From the NCBI GenBank assembly GCA_002104905.1, contig MCFE01000087.1, positions 113,290-177,289 of the forward strand: a stretch of 64,000 nt of DNA, read 5' to 3'. Below are positions 45,480-58,500 of the stretch, piece after piece. The stretch's first letter is position 1. Each line of letters opens with the position of its first letter. This stretch comes from Basidiobolus meristosporus CBS 931.73 (taxonomy: Eukaryota > Fungi > Basidiobolomycota). The notes below the pieces were generated by a model. It searched no databases and was not told the DNA's origin. It saw nothing but the letters and a program-made list of their open reading frames with translations. Both the position numbers and the translations under genes were made by a program.

Positions 45480-48400
45480 TCAATGCTCTTTTCGCGACCA
45501 TCCAAATACACTCTCGCGATCCTTCACCAATTCCTCGGTTGGCCTACAGTAGCTAGTTAGATGGGGGGAGGCAGGGACATGGGAAGAAGCAGACCATGTA
45601 CCAATAGTGATAGTTCGTTTTTAACGTCAGAATCTCCGGGTGTCCCTCGAGGTTGACAAGCCTTATTCGTACGTATGTATTGTCAGGCGAGTTCTTGAGT
45701 ACTTCGAGCAGGACGTCTAGATTGGGTGTTTCCAGGCCATTCACATGTGTAATGAACTTGGTGGGTGCCTTAAAGAAATGAGCACCTGTCGCAGGCAGTT
45801 CCAACCATCAACGAAAGCTTACCAGTCCGTAATTGTTGGCTGGCGAGCCGAAATTACAGGAAGATACATAAACTCGGGAAGGGATGGTCTCCGCTTGACG
45901 TAGCACTGCCTTATATGGCTCTGAGACAGACAACACTAAGTGAATGGCATCATCGACAGTGGCGTAATCACGGAAGCTTTACCTTGAAGCACTGCTCCAC
46001 ACCATCTCACCACTCTAGTGGTACCCTCTCCTGAGCAAGGGGCGGTTGGGACGGTCATGGTCAACTCCTTCGAATCCCTCAAAATAGTCTGCTGGAAAGG
46101 TTAGCATGGTTTAGGCTAGTGACCAGAGCAGTGTTTACCATCTCGATATCAGTCCGATAGTATTGAACGTCCATGTCGATTAGCTGCGTACAAGGCTGTC
46201 CGTTCACCGCCAATATGATATCCAGCTCTTTTAAGACTCCCTGGCACGGGCTGCCCGCTTCAACTCTGTAGATCTGGAACACATCCAGACAAGCAGGGTT
46301 GGTTTCCTTGAAGAGCTTGATCCAGAAATAAGAGAAACCAATATCCCTAGCCTCATCAAACGACAACGTAGTCAACTCTATGGTAAGCGCCCTGAGGGTG
46401 GGATGCTTCCCATCTCTCAAATCATCCAGGATGGGGAGTATGATATCGATGGGAAGCCCGAGCTGGATCTCCTTTTCGCTTCCGTTGTCATCGGCTGATC
46501 CCAGGTAGTTCAGGAATAAGCCTTGAACGTGTCCCTGAGCATCCACAATGACTCCGTTGTCACAGGTGTACGGCACCGACGACCCAAGAGTAATTGCATC
46601 AAAGTTCACGCTTCTGCAGAGTGGCGTTATGTGATTCGAGCTTCGTAGGTAAATGCCATTCAAAACTGCTTACTTGAACCGAGGAGGATGATTCTCGCTA
46701 AATCCATAGTTCTTCACGTACGATACAGCCGTCTTGACGAGCACCGGGAGATCGGAATGGTTGAATCCGAAGAAATAGCAATCTTGCCCTAGGAAGCTAA
46801 CGGTCACTGGCTGATGGGTCGAAGCGGCATGCGCGCAAGTACTCACCGTCCTCCACCGGAACCTCGCTGATCTTAACATCCCTCACAATATCTTTATCCA
46901 CCAAGTTGGTGTCGTACGAGAGGAACACAAGATTGTGCTCGGGATGGAAATACACGATGTTTCCAGGGATTTTGATTGAATCGGCAATAATAATGGTCAA
47001 GTCACCCAGAGACACCGGAACTAGAGAGCGGCTGACAACAACAATCCCCTTCGTTGCGTCTACAATCACGCCATAGCCCTCTGTCTGAAATCCGTGTGTC
47101 AGGGATCATTGACACCAAGAAAGACAGAAAGAAGCGCTTACATTGACGAGTCGGAACCCATCCAACGTCAGCGGCATATAATACTTAATTTTGACAAATG
47201 AACGGATAAAATCCATATTGGATCGGCAAGTATCTTTTGCCAACATGTCTGCGGTTACACGACGGCGGAGCTCGGGTACTGGCGGCGGGCCCAGGTCGGT
47301 GAATAGCCAGTAACCCGATGAGTCTAGAAATGTTAGGCGTCAGACCATGCAAATACATAGAGGGCCAGGCTAGCTAACCATCTTTGACGGCGATCTTGAA
47401 TGGCGACCAGTGACGCTCCATTCGGACAATCTTCAGCCTCACGTCTCTCCGATTTGCGGCGTAGTGGTACTTGACTGGAAAATGCTCCCCATCCGAGATT
47501 CGCTTCATGATCTCAACGAATGCATCCAGGTTAGGAGTTGGTTCGTTGTTGGCCGAGGTGATGACTACCCCGCCTCCAAACCACATGCCGTAGCCTCCAG
47601 CAACATACACCCCGCCTACTGGTATCTTGTAGCTCATGGCAATCTGATAAGAGAGCTCGTTGAAGACACCACCGCCTATCATGACGTATCGATCGGGAGT
47701 ACTTCCATCAAAGAATCAGTACGTGAACAAAGCCTAAAAGCCACGAAACTTACAGCGAATGGAGGTCCTGGACAACGATGTCGAAATGCATGATTCTGTC
47801 CCCGCGCTCGATCGTCAATTGAACCTTCTCACCCACCGAGGTATCCAACACCTCTTCCAGGTGAGTAAAATCGATCGTGTAGTTTCCATTGAGCTTCACC
47901 AATATATCCCCCTCCTCCAAGGATCCAAATGCTGGCCCATTTGGAATGACGGAAGCAACAACAAGCATCCCCCTGCTCTCGGGGAAGGTGATTCGGATGG
48001 CTTTCTCCGTCTCTGGGAGCAGCCCCAGCCTACGCGTCTCATTGAACGGTTCGTACCTGGTCATGAAGCATGTCAGCTCCTCGGTCAGCAATGCAAGCGG
48101 GGCGAGACTCACATAAATCTCACTTGGATTGTGCCTCTAGTGATGGGCTCCCCGTTTTGGATGCACTTTAAGGCTCGAATTACGTGGTCCAAAGGGAGAT
48201 AGTAATTACTGGCCGCTTCATCGCTTCCGGCTGCGCCGATGGACATCAGTTAGGCGAGATCACATAGACGAGGTCACATCACTCCATACCAGATTGAAGT
48301 GCTACTGCTCTCCCATCAATGTCGATTACTGGGCTGCCGGAGCTACCACCGCTAGCACTTGAGGCAGCCTGATAATAGAACGTGCTGTTTCGAAAGGTCA

Positions 48401-49321
48401 GTGGTGGTAACGATATTAGAGCAATGGGCGCCCTACTTGAAGTCGCTGTAGTTGCCAGGCCCATAGATGCTGGTATTCCGGTGCAATTGGGAAATACATC
48501 CCGCAAGGATAGACAGCTGATCCCCGTTGTCGTTGCCTATCACACGGATCTCCAAACCCACCTCGGCCGCGGACGGCTCCAACGGGATTTCGGTGATGGG
48601 CATATACTTGATCTTGGATGGATCGAAACGAAGAAAGCTACACTAACCAATGTATCAAACAACCTTGCGTCCTCGGATACACAGGCTACTTACCCAAAGT
48701 CATGGACAGGATCGCTAGCATAGATGGCTGTGAGTTCAGGCTGTAAGACGAGAGGGTGAATGCAAATGCTCGAACCGATAAACCGGAAACACATCAACTT
48801 CCTCCAAGTCATGAAATATGGCTTCACCAACGAAAGGCCCAGGGGAGACTACATGTCTAACCAGTGGCTAAGTGGCCAGACCACTGTTTGGATAACTTAA
48901 GAAGCCCGTAAAATACCTATTGGTTAATATCAGCCCCCGCTTCGCGTCTACTATGAATCCCGTTGCTTGCGAGTTAAGCGGCTCTGAAGAAAGGGGTTTG
49001 CTTTTGATTTAGACGAAAGAGATCCCTTTACTTCAACCAGCTCATACCTTCGGTATCGAAAAACTCGATCAAACTGAACTTGATTGACACCACGGATTTT
49101 ATTCTTTTCTCGATTGTTTTTTGCCACTTGGGTTGTTGGGAGTTGGGGAAATGGGCCAGGGCAAAGGCGAAAAAATCGTTGGAGAGCTTGGCACTGCTAT
49201 CCTCGACTTTCTTGGTCGAGGTTGGTAGAGTTTGGCTACGCGGTATACCTGCGAATCTTCGAGCTGGAAGGCTGATATCCAGCATTCTTCGCTTATCTTC
49301 TGAAGGTTTATTTTGAATCAT
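45480..49321 (-). CDS. NMA111: Nma111/Ynm3-like tandem HtrA serine protease with PDZ domains, many introns
   Basis: [31 protein letters not shown]|HVV (His), VYR|DPVHDFG (Asp), [16 protein letters not shown] (Ser), PDZ segments, and a C-terminal [10 protein letters not shown]. Start codon uncertain. Confidence 0.88.
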
Positions 49322-49956
49322 GTTTGATACAAGAGAGCATGCTTCGATGAGGGGTGAGGCAGGTATTTGTGTTGTCAGCACCTGACTGAAGGCTAGGAGT
49401 GAAAGGGAACCAACGGGTGAGGTTTGGTTTGATTGACCTGGCAGAAGCGTTTCAGCAACTGAAATCCGCGCTAATTATGGTTAGAAAGCCATTGTACATA
49501 CTATCGGTATTCAACGAAAGCAGCAGGTTTCATTTTGACCCATGAATCCGCCTATATAACGCTCACGAAATCCCATGGTTGCACTGAGGTTTTAGAAGGG
49601 AAAAGAAGGCCAAGATACCGACGATAAACAAGGCGTAGCTCAAATTGAGCAGTTAGGCGGCAGACATACGGTGTGATTGGAGTAATACCCAGCAGAGATA
49701 TTGGAGAATACCGGATACTGGGCAAATCGGGATATTTGCTAGCTGAAAAGGAAACCATTTTCAATGGGAATCAAGTAGAAAATTGCTAACTTCGTCCTCA
49801 TTTGAACATTTTTGTGAGAAGTGAGCGTATTAGGAATCAATGTTACACTTTAATATACAAGATCTTCGGATTAAGCTATGGGTGAGGTCAGGGCTGATTG
49901 CTTTTTCTTTAAATATTGGCAGCGCTCCGGAGTCTGCTTACATAGCTCTACGAAAA

Positions 49957-50796
49957 ATGCACAAATTCTGGGACTGGTCACTGCTTGTTTTGCTCTCCAT
50001 TTTACTCATCACCCTCGAGGCCCAAGGGCTGCCCAACCTCAACGAGACATGCGTTTATCGAGCCAACCCAGTCAAGAGCCCCTGCAACGACGAGAGGTAT
50101 ACGTGTGACGGGACCACCAAAACCTGCGTGCTGAAGCAATGCAAGTATGATGCGGCCGACAACAAGCCCTACGACCTACCCTTATGCCCAGACAATTTCT
50201 ACTGCCCCTACGACCAAACCAAATGCCTGATGCAGATTGCCCTGGGAGGGAGCTGTTCTGTGTCAAGAGGCGATGTGTGCCAGGGCGCACCCGACGTTAT
50301 GTGCTTCCAAGGCACCTGCTCCACAAGATCAGTAGCACTGGGTGAATCTTGCGAGATTGACCACGTGTCGAATTACGAATATGACAACTGCCTGGGCAAC
50401 GCTTTTTGTTCTCCCACGACCATGGTGTGTGTCGCGCTGTTATCCTCAGGCTCATCCTGCTCGCATAGCCACCAATGCCAGTCAACCGACTGTTTTGAGG
50501 GGGTCTGTCGAGCAAGTAGCGACTCGGAGCTTTACCACTCGCTTGCGACCTGGGTGTATATCGTGATTGGTGTAGGCTGCTTTGTAGCTATACTGCTCTG
50601 TGCTTCATTTATATATTTCCGTCGCAGACGCCGCATGAGAAACTACAAGCAGATGCTGAGCTCATCCATCGCCAATCTAAATAAGAGCAATTCCGATCAA
50701 AGCCCAAATTCAAGCTTCCTGTCACCTCAGCCCTCGCTAAATTCAAGCTTCCGGTCACCCCAACCCTCATTAAATCCCTCCCCGCAAAGAGCGTAA
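49957..50796 (+). CDS. cysteine-rich single-pass membrane protein
   Basis: Signal peptide, more than 20 Cys in repeated LGxSC..xxxC..xxxCxxGxC modules, TM WVYIVIGVGCFVAILLCASFIYF, then RRRRR. The tail carries 11-aa repeats NSSFLSPQPSL/NSSFRSPQPSL. Intronless. Confidence 0.75.
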   Translation: MHKFWDWSLLVLLSILLITLEAQGLPNLNETCVYRANPVKSPCNDERYTCDGTTKTCVLKQCKYDAADNKPYDLPLCPDNFYCPYDQTKCLMQIALGGSCSVSRGDVCQGAPDVMCFQGTCSTRSVALGESCEIDHVSNYEYDNCLGNAFCSPTTMVCVALLSSGSSCSHSHQCQSTDCFEGVCRASSDSELYHSLATWVYIVIGVGCFVAILLCASFIYFRRRRRMRNYKQMLSSSIANLNKSNSDQSPNSSFLSPQPSLNSSFRSPQPSLNPSPQRA

Positions 50797-51210
50797 AACA
50801 TGTAACTAAATCCTAATATAGCCACCCGATCGTTAATAGAAACATCCACAAAATGTATTAAACTGCAACTTTTGATGATACATCCACGAAACGCTTTAAA
50901 CGGCGACTTACGATGCTTGCTTAAATCTGGCATTAGACCAACTCGATTTGATCGGTCTTCGGATCGTGAGAACTGAATTTAATATAGGCCTTTTCAAATG
51001 TCGCACATTTAGAGGCGATTAGGGAATCTTTCGGATGGTTTTTAAGTAACGTGATCGTTTGAGGGCTTTCCGACTTTCCCACGATTCATATTGCTCCATG
51101 GTGGGGATTAGGCTCAATAGCGATATGCCTTGGGGCATAAAAACCTCCCTGTAATATATATCTAAACCTCCCTATCCTGACAGGAATCTCTGTTTCGTCA
51201 AAGCTTTACC

Positions 51211-52449
51211 ATGTCTACCACTCGCTCATTTTTTGCACTCCGCAACACCGTATCAAAGGTATATTTTGAGTTGAGCTTTCTCCCCAATACCAAACCAACC
51301 ACCTCTATCTAGGCACGTCTCCATACGACTCGTTCCTTATGCGAGAATGCTAAGCCCTCTGCAAAGGACGTAAGTGGGCCGACTGTTGTCCACTTTCTTA
51401 ACATACACGTCTAATTCCCCGAAGCTTGGTATCTCACGAGTAGGAGTCTTGGGCGCTGGCCAAATGGGTGCTGGAATCGGTTTGGTTGCTGCCCGTATGG
51501 CCAAGGTGCCAGTGACTTTCGTTGACGCGAACCCCGTCCAGCTTGAAAAATCCAGCAAATTTTTGCGTGAGTGTTCCCTCTTGGGTGTACCACGTATATC
51601 CAGATACACATACCAATTCGTTTCATTTAGAGGCTCTGTTGGATAAAGACATCTCCAAAGGCAGACTTACTGGCGAGGAAAAGGAAGAAATCATGGGCCG
51701 TATGACCTGGTCCGAAAAAGTCGAAGAGTTCAACTCCGCCAACTTTGTTATCGAGGTGAGGGTCAATATTCCGAACGTAACATCAAGAATCATTCAATAA
51801 CCTTGCAACAGGCAGTTTCGGAGAATGTAGACCTTAAGCGCAAGCTGTTCGGGATCCTTTCTGAAGTTACCACACCAGAAACCATCCTTGCGACCAACAC
51901 ATCCAGTATCAGCATCACCAACATTGCCGCTGCTTCGAGTCGCCCCGAAAAGGTTTGAGTATTAATCTCGCCACCTGGTAGGAATGCTGGCTAACTATGC
52001 TCTAGGTTATTGGAATGCATTTTATGAATCCAGTGCCCGTCATGAAGCTTGTCGAGATTATTCCAGGTCTCGCCACTGATGAAAACACCCTCAAAACCAC
52101 CTTGGGGCTGTCACAAGCCATGGGCAAGGTCACAACTACCAGTCAAGATGTTCCTGGATTCATCGCCAACAGACTATTGATGCCCTACATTAATGAGGCT
52201 GTCATCGCACTGGAACAAGGAATCGCCACCAAAGAAGATATCGATACCACCATGAAGCTCGGCACCAACAACCCCATGGGCCCACTTACTCTCGCCGACT
52301 TTATCGGGCTCGACACCTGCTTGGCCATCATGCGCGTTCTTCACACCGAACTTGGAGACACCAAGTACAGACCCGCTGTGCTTCTGAAGAAGTACGTGGA
52401 CGCTGGTTGGTTGGGTAAAAAGTCCGGTCGTGGCTTCTATCAATACTAA
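51211..52449 (+). CDS. mitochondrial 3-hydroxybutyryl-CoA (3-hydroxyacyl-CoA) dehydrogenase, multi-exon
   Basis: [62 protein letters not shown] and [14 protein letters not shown]. Confidence 0.93.
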
Positions 52450-52812
52450 GCATTGGTCATCCTCATCCTTATCCCCTCACTCATCTATGCAATAAACGTG
52501 ACCATGTAGCCATGGTTGATCAGTACCTCCTTGCACATACGACATGTTGAGATGAAACCAAGTGAATGCATAGCTCCAACAGATGGTGTACAGCAAGCGA
52601 ATATATTTTCCATTCGATTTAAACAAAGGGTGTAGATGCTGGTTGGGTGGACGGGGCCGGGGACGGGGAAATAGTTATTTACACAAACGTACAACTCGTC
52701 AGAATACTAAAAACAATGGAAAACAGTTAAGGTGGACGTTAGGGAGATGGAATTAAACTCAGCAGATAAAGTAGTGCAAAAGCCAGTCAGCCGGGGACAG
52801 ATTAATATGGAT

Positions 52813-54079
52813 CTAAGGGTTCCCCTCCCGAATTGGGAGCAACGGTGTATCTTCACTAGGACAAGTGTCTTGCTTACATATTGGGCACTGGATTCAATGG
52901 GCAAATGTTAGGGATAGCGCTAAAGATGATGATAGGCAATCACCGGCGTGCATTGGTACTTACAAATTTCTTACGAGTGGTGAGCCAAGGATCTAGGTTC
53001 ATTGGTAAATGCTATGGTTAGTTGTTGTCTTTGGGTAAAGCCTCTGGTGGATGCCAATTACCAATGCATTCAACATGGAACTCATGTTTGCACGGGAGGA
53101 TACGCAATTCATCCTCGTCTATATAGTCTTCCAGACAAATGGCGCATTCTTGTGGTTCGTTGCCCTTTCTTTTCTCCTTGTAGAATTTCTTTTTGGGGAG
53201 ATTCGATATAACACTTACAGGTGCTAGGTCACGCTTCTCGCGCTGTCTTTGGCGAAATCTCCATAGGCCGTAAATGAATGCCATCATGATAGTAGGGGAT
53301 AGCAGTGTAACGATTATAACGTCCAGCAAGGGCCTAACCGGAGAAAAAGTTAATCGCGCGCTACAGAAAAGTAAGAGCTGCTAGACTGTTACCAATCCAA
53401 CATGTCATCCTTAGTTAGTCGGATTAGCATGGGTTCATCTAGGAACAGAGAGAGGTATCGGATTTGCTTGTATTGAGACTGCTGAGTAAACACAGATGGG
53501 ATCTTCACATCGGTTGTATCTCCTATCCAATCCATATGTTGTCTTGAGTAAGAGAGCCAAGGTATCCTAACAAGTTTTTCAAGCTTACCTGAGGCATACA
53601 TCGTTACCAAGCTATCAAACTCAGCATCTCCTACAATTACTGCGATAGCTCCTGACTTTTGCATATTACGAACTTTTTCGATGAAAGAGCATTTTCCCCT
53701 TTCGACTAGAGCTATCCAGTCTGTAACGGTTGGTGGAGACACAACTGTGCAAGCATGCTTCAGTTCAGGTGCAAGCATCTCCAACGGAATTAGGGTTCCA
53801 TTGATGCCTTTTTCAGTAAGACGTGGGCCAAAGGCAGCAATGCGGTCCTAGAGAAAAGAATGTTAGCAGAAGGAAATCCAACACAACCAAAGGATGTGGA
53901 CATACTTGGTACGTATCGTTTGTAGACTAATTTTAAAATAAAACAAAGGTGTGAGTGAAGATTAGGGTGCAAAGAGAGCAATGTGCAATTACCAAAACAA
54001 TTATGGTTGCATGAACACACGAAGTAAGACCAATGGCGATCCCCAACAACAAAGTACTATATAGCTTCCACAATCTCAT
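52813..54079 (-). CDS. PA-domain / RING-H2 transmembrane E3 ubiquitin ligase (RNF13/RNF167-like)
   Basis: Signal peptide MRLWKLYSTLLLGIAIG, PA domain AAFGPR..IALVERGKCSFIEKVRNMQKSGAIAVIVGD, a TM helix, and RING-H2 CAICLEDY..LPCKHEFHVECI|DPWLTTRKKF|CPICK. Confidence 0.9.
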
Positions 54080-54779
54080 CGCTGTCAAAGCTCAATACGC
54101 GCTCTATTCTGATATTTAAAGGTAGGTGGTGTATGGGTTAATACGGGTACAATTAGCAAAATTAATAAAGTAATAGCGCAATAGTAAGGTGCGGGATTTT
54201 GGGAGAAGGAGGACTAAGATGCTATTCAGAAAAAAAGGCTTTGATGACTGGGCTGTCCAAAAATAGAGAGGTCACCATCATAGGTTCTCCAAATAAATGG
54301 ATTTGGCCAATCTTTTATGTTGTCCAATCAGATGACAGTGGCTCCGCTGACCAACATGTGCGCAATGACTGCAGGACAGTCTCGAAATTGTGCCAGTTTC
54401 TATTAGATCATGTGACTTGCCAACCCTAGCTGTAATTGTTGAAAACAAACTTCATGCCATTGGTCGTGCCTTCTGATCGCACCTTCTGATCGCACAGCAA
54501 TGCACCTACTTATGAGTGCGCTTATAAAACAATCGCTCATCACAATGAATTGATGCTAGCTATACAGCCGTCTTTGTCCGCTATGCCACGCTTTTCCGCT
54601 CGATTAAGGGGCCGTGATATTTTGTACCATCGTCAATATATATACTCGCTGTGTCCAAATTACGGGGCCATTGGTTGACTGGTATATTAAATGTTTGAAG
54701 TGGCTGGGTAAACCTGTGTGTACTTCTATTTGAGCACTATGAATGTACTGGAAAAAAGTTGTTTGAGGAAGGCTCCAAG

Positions 54780-55240
54780 AAGCAATTTGGAGTGTGTGGT
54801 TTATATGTTGGAGATGTTGGAAGTGATGGGTGGTGCAAGTAGATTATGTAGCTTTTGCTTAATAATATATGGAATGAAAGGTGGTATTTGTACATTTACC
54901 AAGTCTTGACAAAGCAAACATATGAAATATGTTTATGAGGATCCCAAATATATGTGTTTCAAGTTGGTGGCTTATTAGACAATTTTGAATAGTTTCATCA
55001 AAATATGATCTGAGATAGTGGAAATGTTGTGAATTGACAGTGCTAATGTTGTAGCTGGTGTCAGAAGTGGATACTTGAATAGTGTTGTAGATTTTGTAGT
55101 TATGCCTAAATACTCACTGAACCTACAAATCCTAGAGTATTTTACTCAAATCCCTTGTTGGGATTTACTTGGGGCATTTTACCAAAATATCAGGTACCCA
55201 GAATATGAAAACCTGATAAGTTGTCCAAAGATCCCTTTAT
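54780..55240. repeat. two very old copia LTR relics in opposite orientations
   Basis: Diverged LTR blocks: ggagatgttggaagtgatggg..gtagattatg (minus sense) and caaatcctagagtattt..ccttgttgggatttac..caggtacccagaa (plus sense). Boundaries are approximate. Confidence 0.6.
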
Positions 55241-55330
55241 ACTTTAAGTATATTATATGAGTTTGTTTTGCCAAGAATGTCTAAAAGTACAAATAGCACT
55301 TTCACATTTAATAAATCAACAAGTAAAAAC

Positions 55331-55554
55331 TGTTGTAAGAGTCTTGGAGATTTTGGAAGTGGTTGGGAGGACAAGTAGATTATGTGGTATTCACTTAATG
55401 ATTTATTGAATGTAAAAGTAGTATTTATACTTTTACATGGTCCTGGCATTGCAAACACGTAGAATAGGTTTAGGAAGGTCCCAAAAACATGTGTGCAAAG
55501 TTTGGGGCTGCTTGGACAACTTTGAGAATTTTCATCTTCTGGGTACCTTGTATT
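55331..55554 (-). repeat. copia LTR interrupted by insertion of the element starting at 55555
   Basis: Begins TGTTGTAAGAG at 55331 and stops abruptly at ..gggtaccttgtatt, directly before a new TGTTGTAAAA. Confidence 0.8.
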
Positions 55555-58500
55555 TGTTGTAAAAATTCGTATTTCCACCTAAATATTCACCTAACTTAGT
55601 CACTTAGATCATCACCTTCAAATCCTAGAGAATACTGACCAAATTCCTTGTTGGGATATACTTAGAATATTTACCCAGAACATGAAAATTCTCAAAGTTG
55701 TCCAAACAGCCCCAAACTTTGCACACATGTTCTTGGGACCTTCCTTAACGTATCCTATGTGTTTGTAATGCCAAGACCAGGTAAAAGTATAAATACTACT
55801 TTTACATTCAATAAATCATTAAGTGAAAACCACACAATCTACTTGTTCTCCCAATCACTTCCAATATCTCCAAGACTCTTACAACAGGTTATGAGCCCCA
55901 AGCTGTCACTCTCTGCAATGTCTACTACTGCTATTACTGGAATTCTTCCCTCTGCTGAAAAGTTGGATGGCTCTAACTACCAAGTGTGGAAGGTGAAGAT
56001 TGTTGTAAGAGTCTTGGAGATATTGGAAGTGATTGGGAGAACAAGTAGATTATGTGGTTTTCACTTAATGATTTATTGAATGTAAAAGTAGTATTTATAC
56101 TTTTACATGGTCTTGGCATTACAAACACGTAGAATAGGTTAAGGAAGGTCCCAAGAACATGTGTGCAAAGTTTGGGGCTGTTTGGACAACTTTGAGAATT
56201 TTCATGTTCTGGGTACCTGGTATTTTGGTGAAAATATTCTAAGTAAATCCCGACAAGGAATTTGGTCAGTATTCTCTAGGATTTGAAGGTGATGATCTAA
56301 GTGACTAAGTTGGGTGAATATTTAGGTGGAAAATACGAATTTTTACAACACTCCCACTCAGCTAAATGTTCATACTGACTAGTCCTAATTTTGACCTAAG
56401 ATATTCAAACTTGTCTCTAGCTAATGGTTTGGTAAATATGTCTGCAATCATTTCATCTGTAGGACAGTAAACTAAGCTAACTAAGTTATTCTCTATAGCT
56501 TCACATATGAAATGATGTCTAATATCTATGTGCTTGGTTCTAGCATGAAAAGTTGGATTTCTACCTAATTGTATACATCCTTGATTATCTTGAAATAAAG
56601 TAATAGGCGTTTTTTGACATAGGCCTAAATCTGTAAAGAGCTTTCTTAACCACATTGCTTCTTTTGTAGCTTCACAGGCTGCCATATACTCTGCCTCTGT
56701 AGTAGAAAGTGCTACGGTTGGTTGCTTTCTTGAATTCCATGAAATGGCTCCTTTACAGTAAAGAAAGGTATATCCTGTGGTGGATCTTCTGTCTTCTAAA
56801 TTTTGTCCCCAATCAGCATCAGAGTATCCCACAAGATCCTGTTCTGAATCCTTATAAGTGTATCTTAAGCAGATATCAGCAGTTCCTTTTAGGTATCTAA
56901 AAATCCGCTTAACTGCTGCAATATGATCAGATCCATAATTCTGATTATGTTGGCTGACAACTCCCACTGAATATGAGATATCTGGACGTGTTCCAAGCAT
57001 GATATATATCAGACTGCCGACCATAGATTGATAAGGAAAGTCAGGGCTTTCAGATGGCACCAAGCTCTCTTGATTTGGTTGAGTTTTGACCAAGTTAAGG
57101 TTTGTCTCCATTGGGGTAGCTGCCGGTTTGCAGTCTTCCATTTTGTACTTCTTTAGTATATCTTGAATATACTTGGATTGGCTTAGGGTAATAGTCTGGG
57201 TACTTCTGTCTATGGAGAACTTAATCCCTAAGTAGTAACTAAGTTCTCCTAGATCGGACATCTTGAACTCCTTAGATAGGCTGGATTTAGTCTCTTCCAA
57301 TGTTTCTAGGTTATTGGCGGCTATAATAAGATCATCCACATATAGAGCTAATAGAACTGGATTTGCTCTATCTGGCTTATAGTATATACTATAGTCAGCA
57401 TTACTCCTTTTGAAACTCAAAGATTCCAAATAAGAATCTATCTTGCAATTCCAGGCTCTCGGTGATTGTTTGAGACCATATAGTGACTTTTTAAGCTTGC
57501 AGACCAAATGGGGGTTATCTTGGTCAACAAACCCATCAGGCTGGTCCATATACACGTCCTCATCAAGTTCTCCATTCAAAAATGCAGTTTTTACATCCAT
57601 TTGATGAATAAAAAACTTATATTTGGCTGCAATAGCCAATATTAATCTGATGGAATTAAACTTGGCTACCGGTGCAAAGGTCTCAGTATAGTCAAGTCCT
57701 TTTGTTTGAGAGTATCCTTTGGCTACAAGTCTTGCTTTGTATCTTTCAATTGTACCATCAGCCTTGTATTTTGTCTTGAAGACCCATCTGCATCCAATTG
57801 ATTTTCGGTTGATTGGTAATTTGACTAAGTCCCAAGTTTGATTTTCCATCAGTGCCTGATATTCCTCAGTCATTGCAGATCTCCAAAACTTTGTCTGAGG
57901 GCTATTTAGGGCCTCTTTTACAGTCTGGGGTTCATCAACATGGACTGAATAGGCATAGGCTAAGTTTGTACCCTCATTGATATAGTAATTTGGGCTATTT
58001 CTTGTCCGATTGGATCTCCGGGCATTTGATACTGGAATGATCACTTCTGGGATATTCCTGGGCACTGATTCTGGCTGAACCACGGTTGTAGAGTCCTCTG
58101 GAGTGAAAAAATTTTCATTGTTTTGCTCTGATTCAATCCTGACAATTGGTGGACTTGAGATCAAATTTTCGTCATCATCTGATGTCATTTTTTGTGAAAA
58201 TTTTGAATTTTCATCAAACAACACATCCCTGGACTTGATCAGCTTCTTTGCTTTCGGTATTGTAGAGTCTGTATGCCTTACTCTCATTGCAGTAGCCCAA
58301 AAATATGCATTTTACACTTTTTGGCTCAAATTTTGACTGATTTCCGGCCAGTTTTTTGGCATATGCTGTACACCCAAATATTCTTAGATGTTCTGCACTT
58401 GGTCTGTATCCATACCATGCTTCAAATGGAGTAGAATCACGAAGTATTCTGTTATAACTCCTATTTTTAAGATATACAGCAGTGGCAACTGATTCCGCCC

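Noticed and set aside
14580-52449. Metabolic gene cluster linking LYS9, MetH, BCKDHA and 3-hydroxybutyryl-CoA dehydrogenase
   Set aside because: These genes are spread over 38 kb among unrelated housekeeping genes (GDI1, DBP8, RPL20) and belong to different pathways.
54468-54496. Short tandem duplication ccttctgatcgca x2 upstream of the PA-RING gene
   Set aside because: Only two units and no evidence of function.
58214-58287. Programmed ribosomal frameshift between copia integrase and RT
   Set aside because: Three sister copies are in frame at this position, so the extra base is copy-specific.
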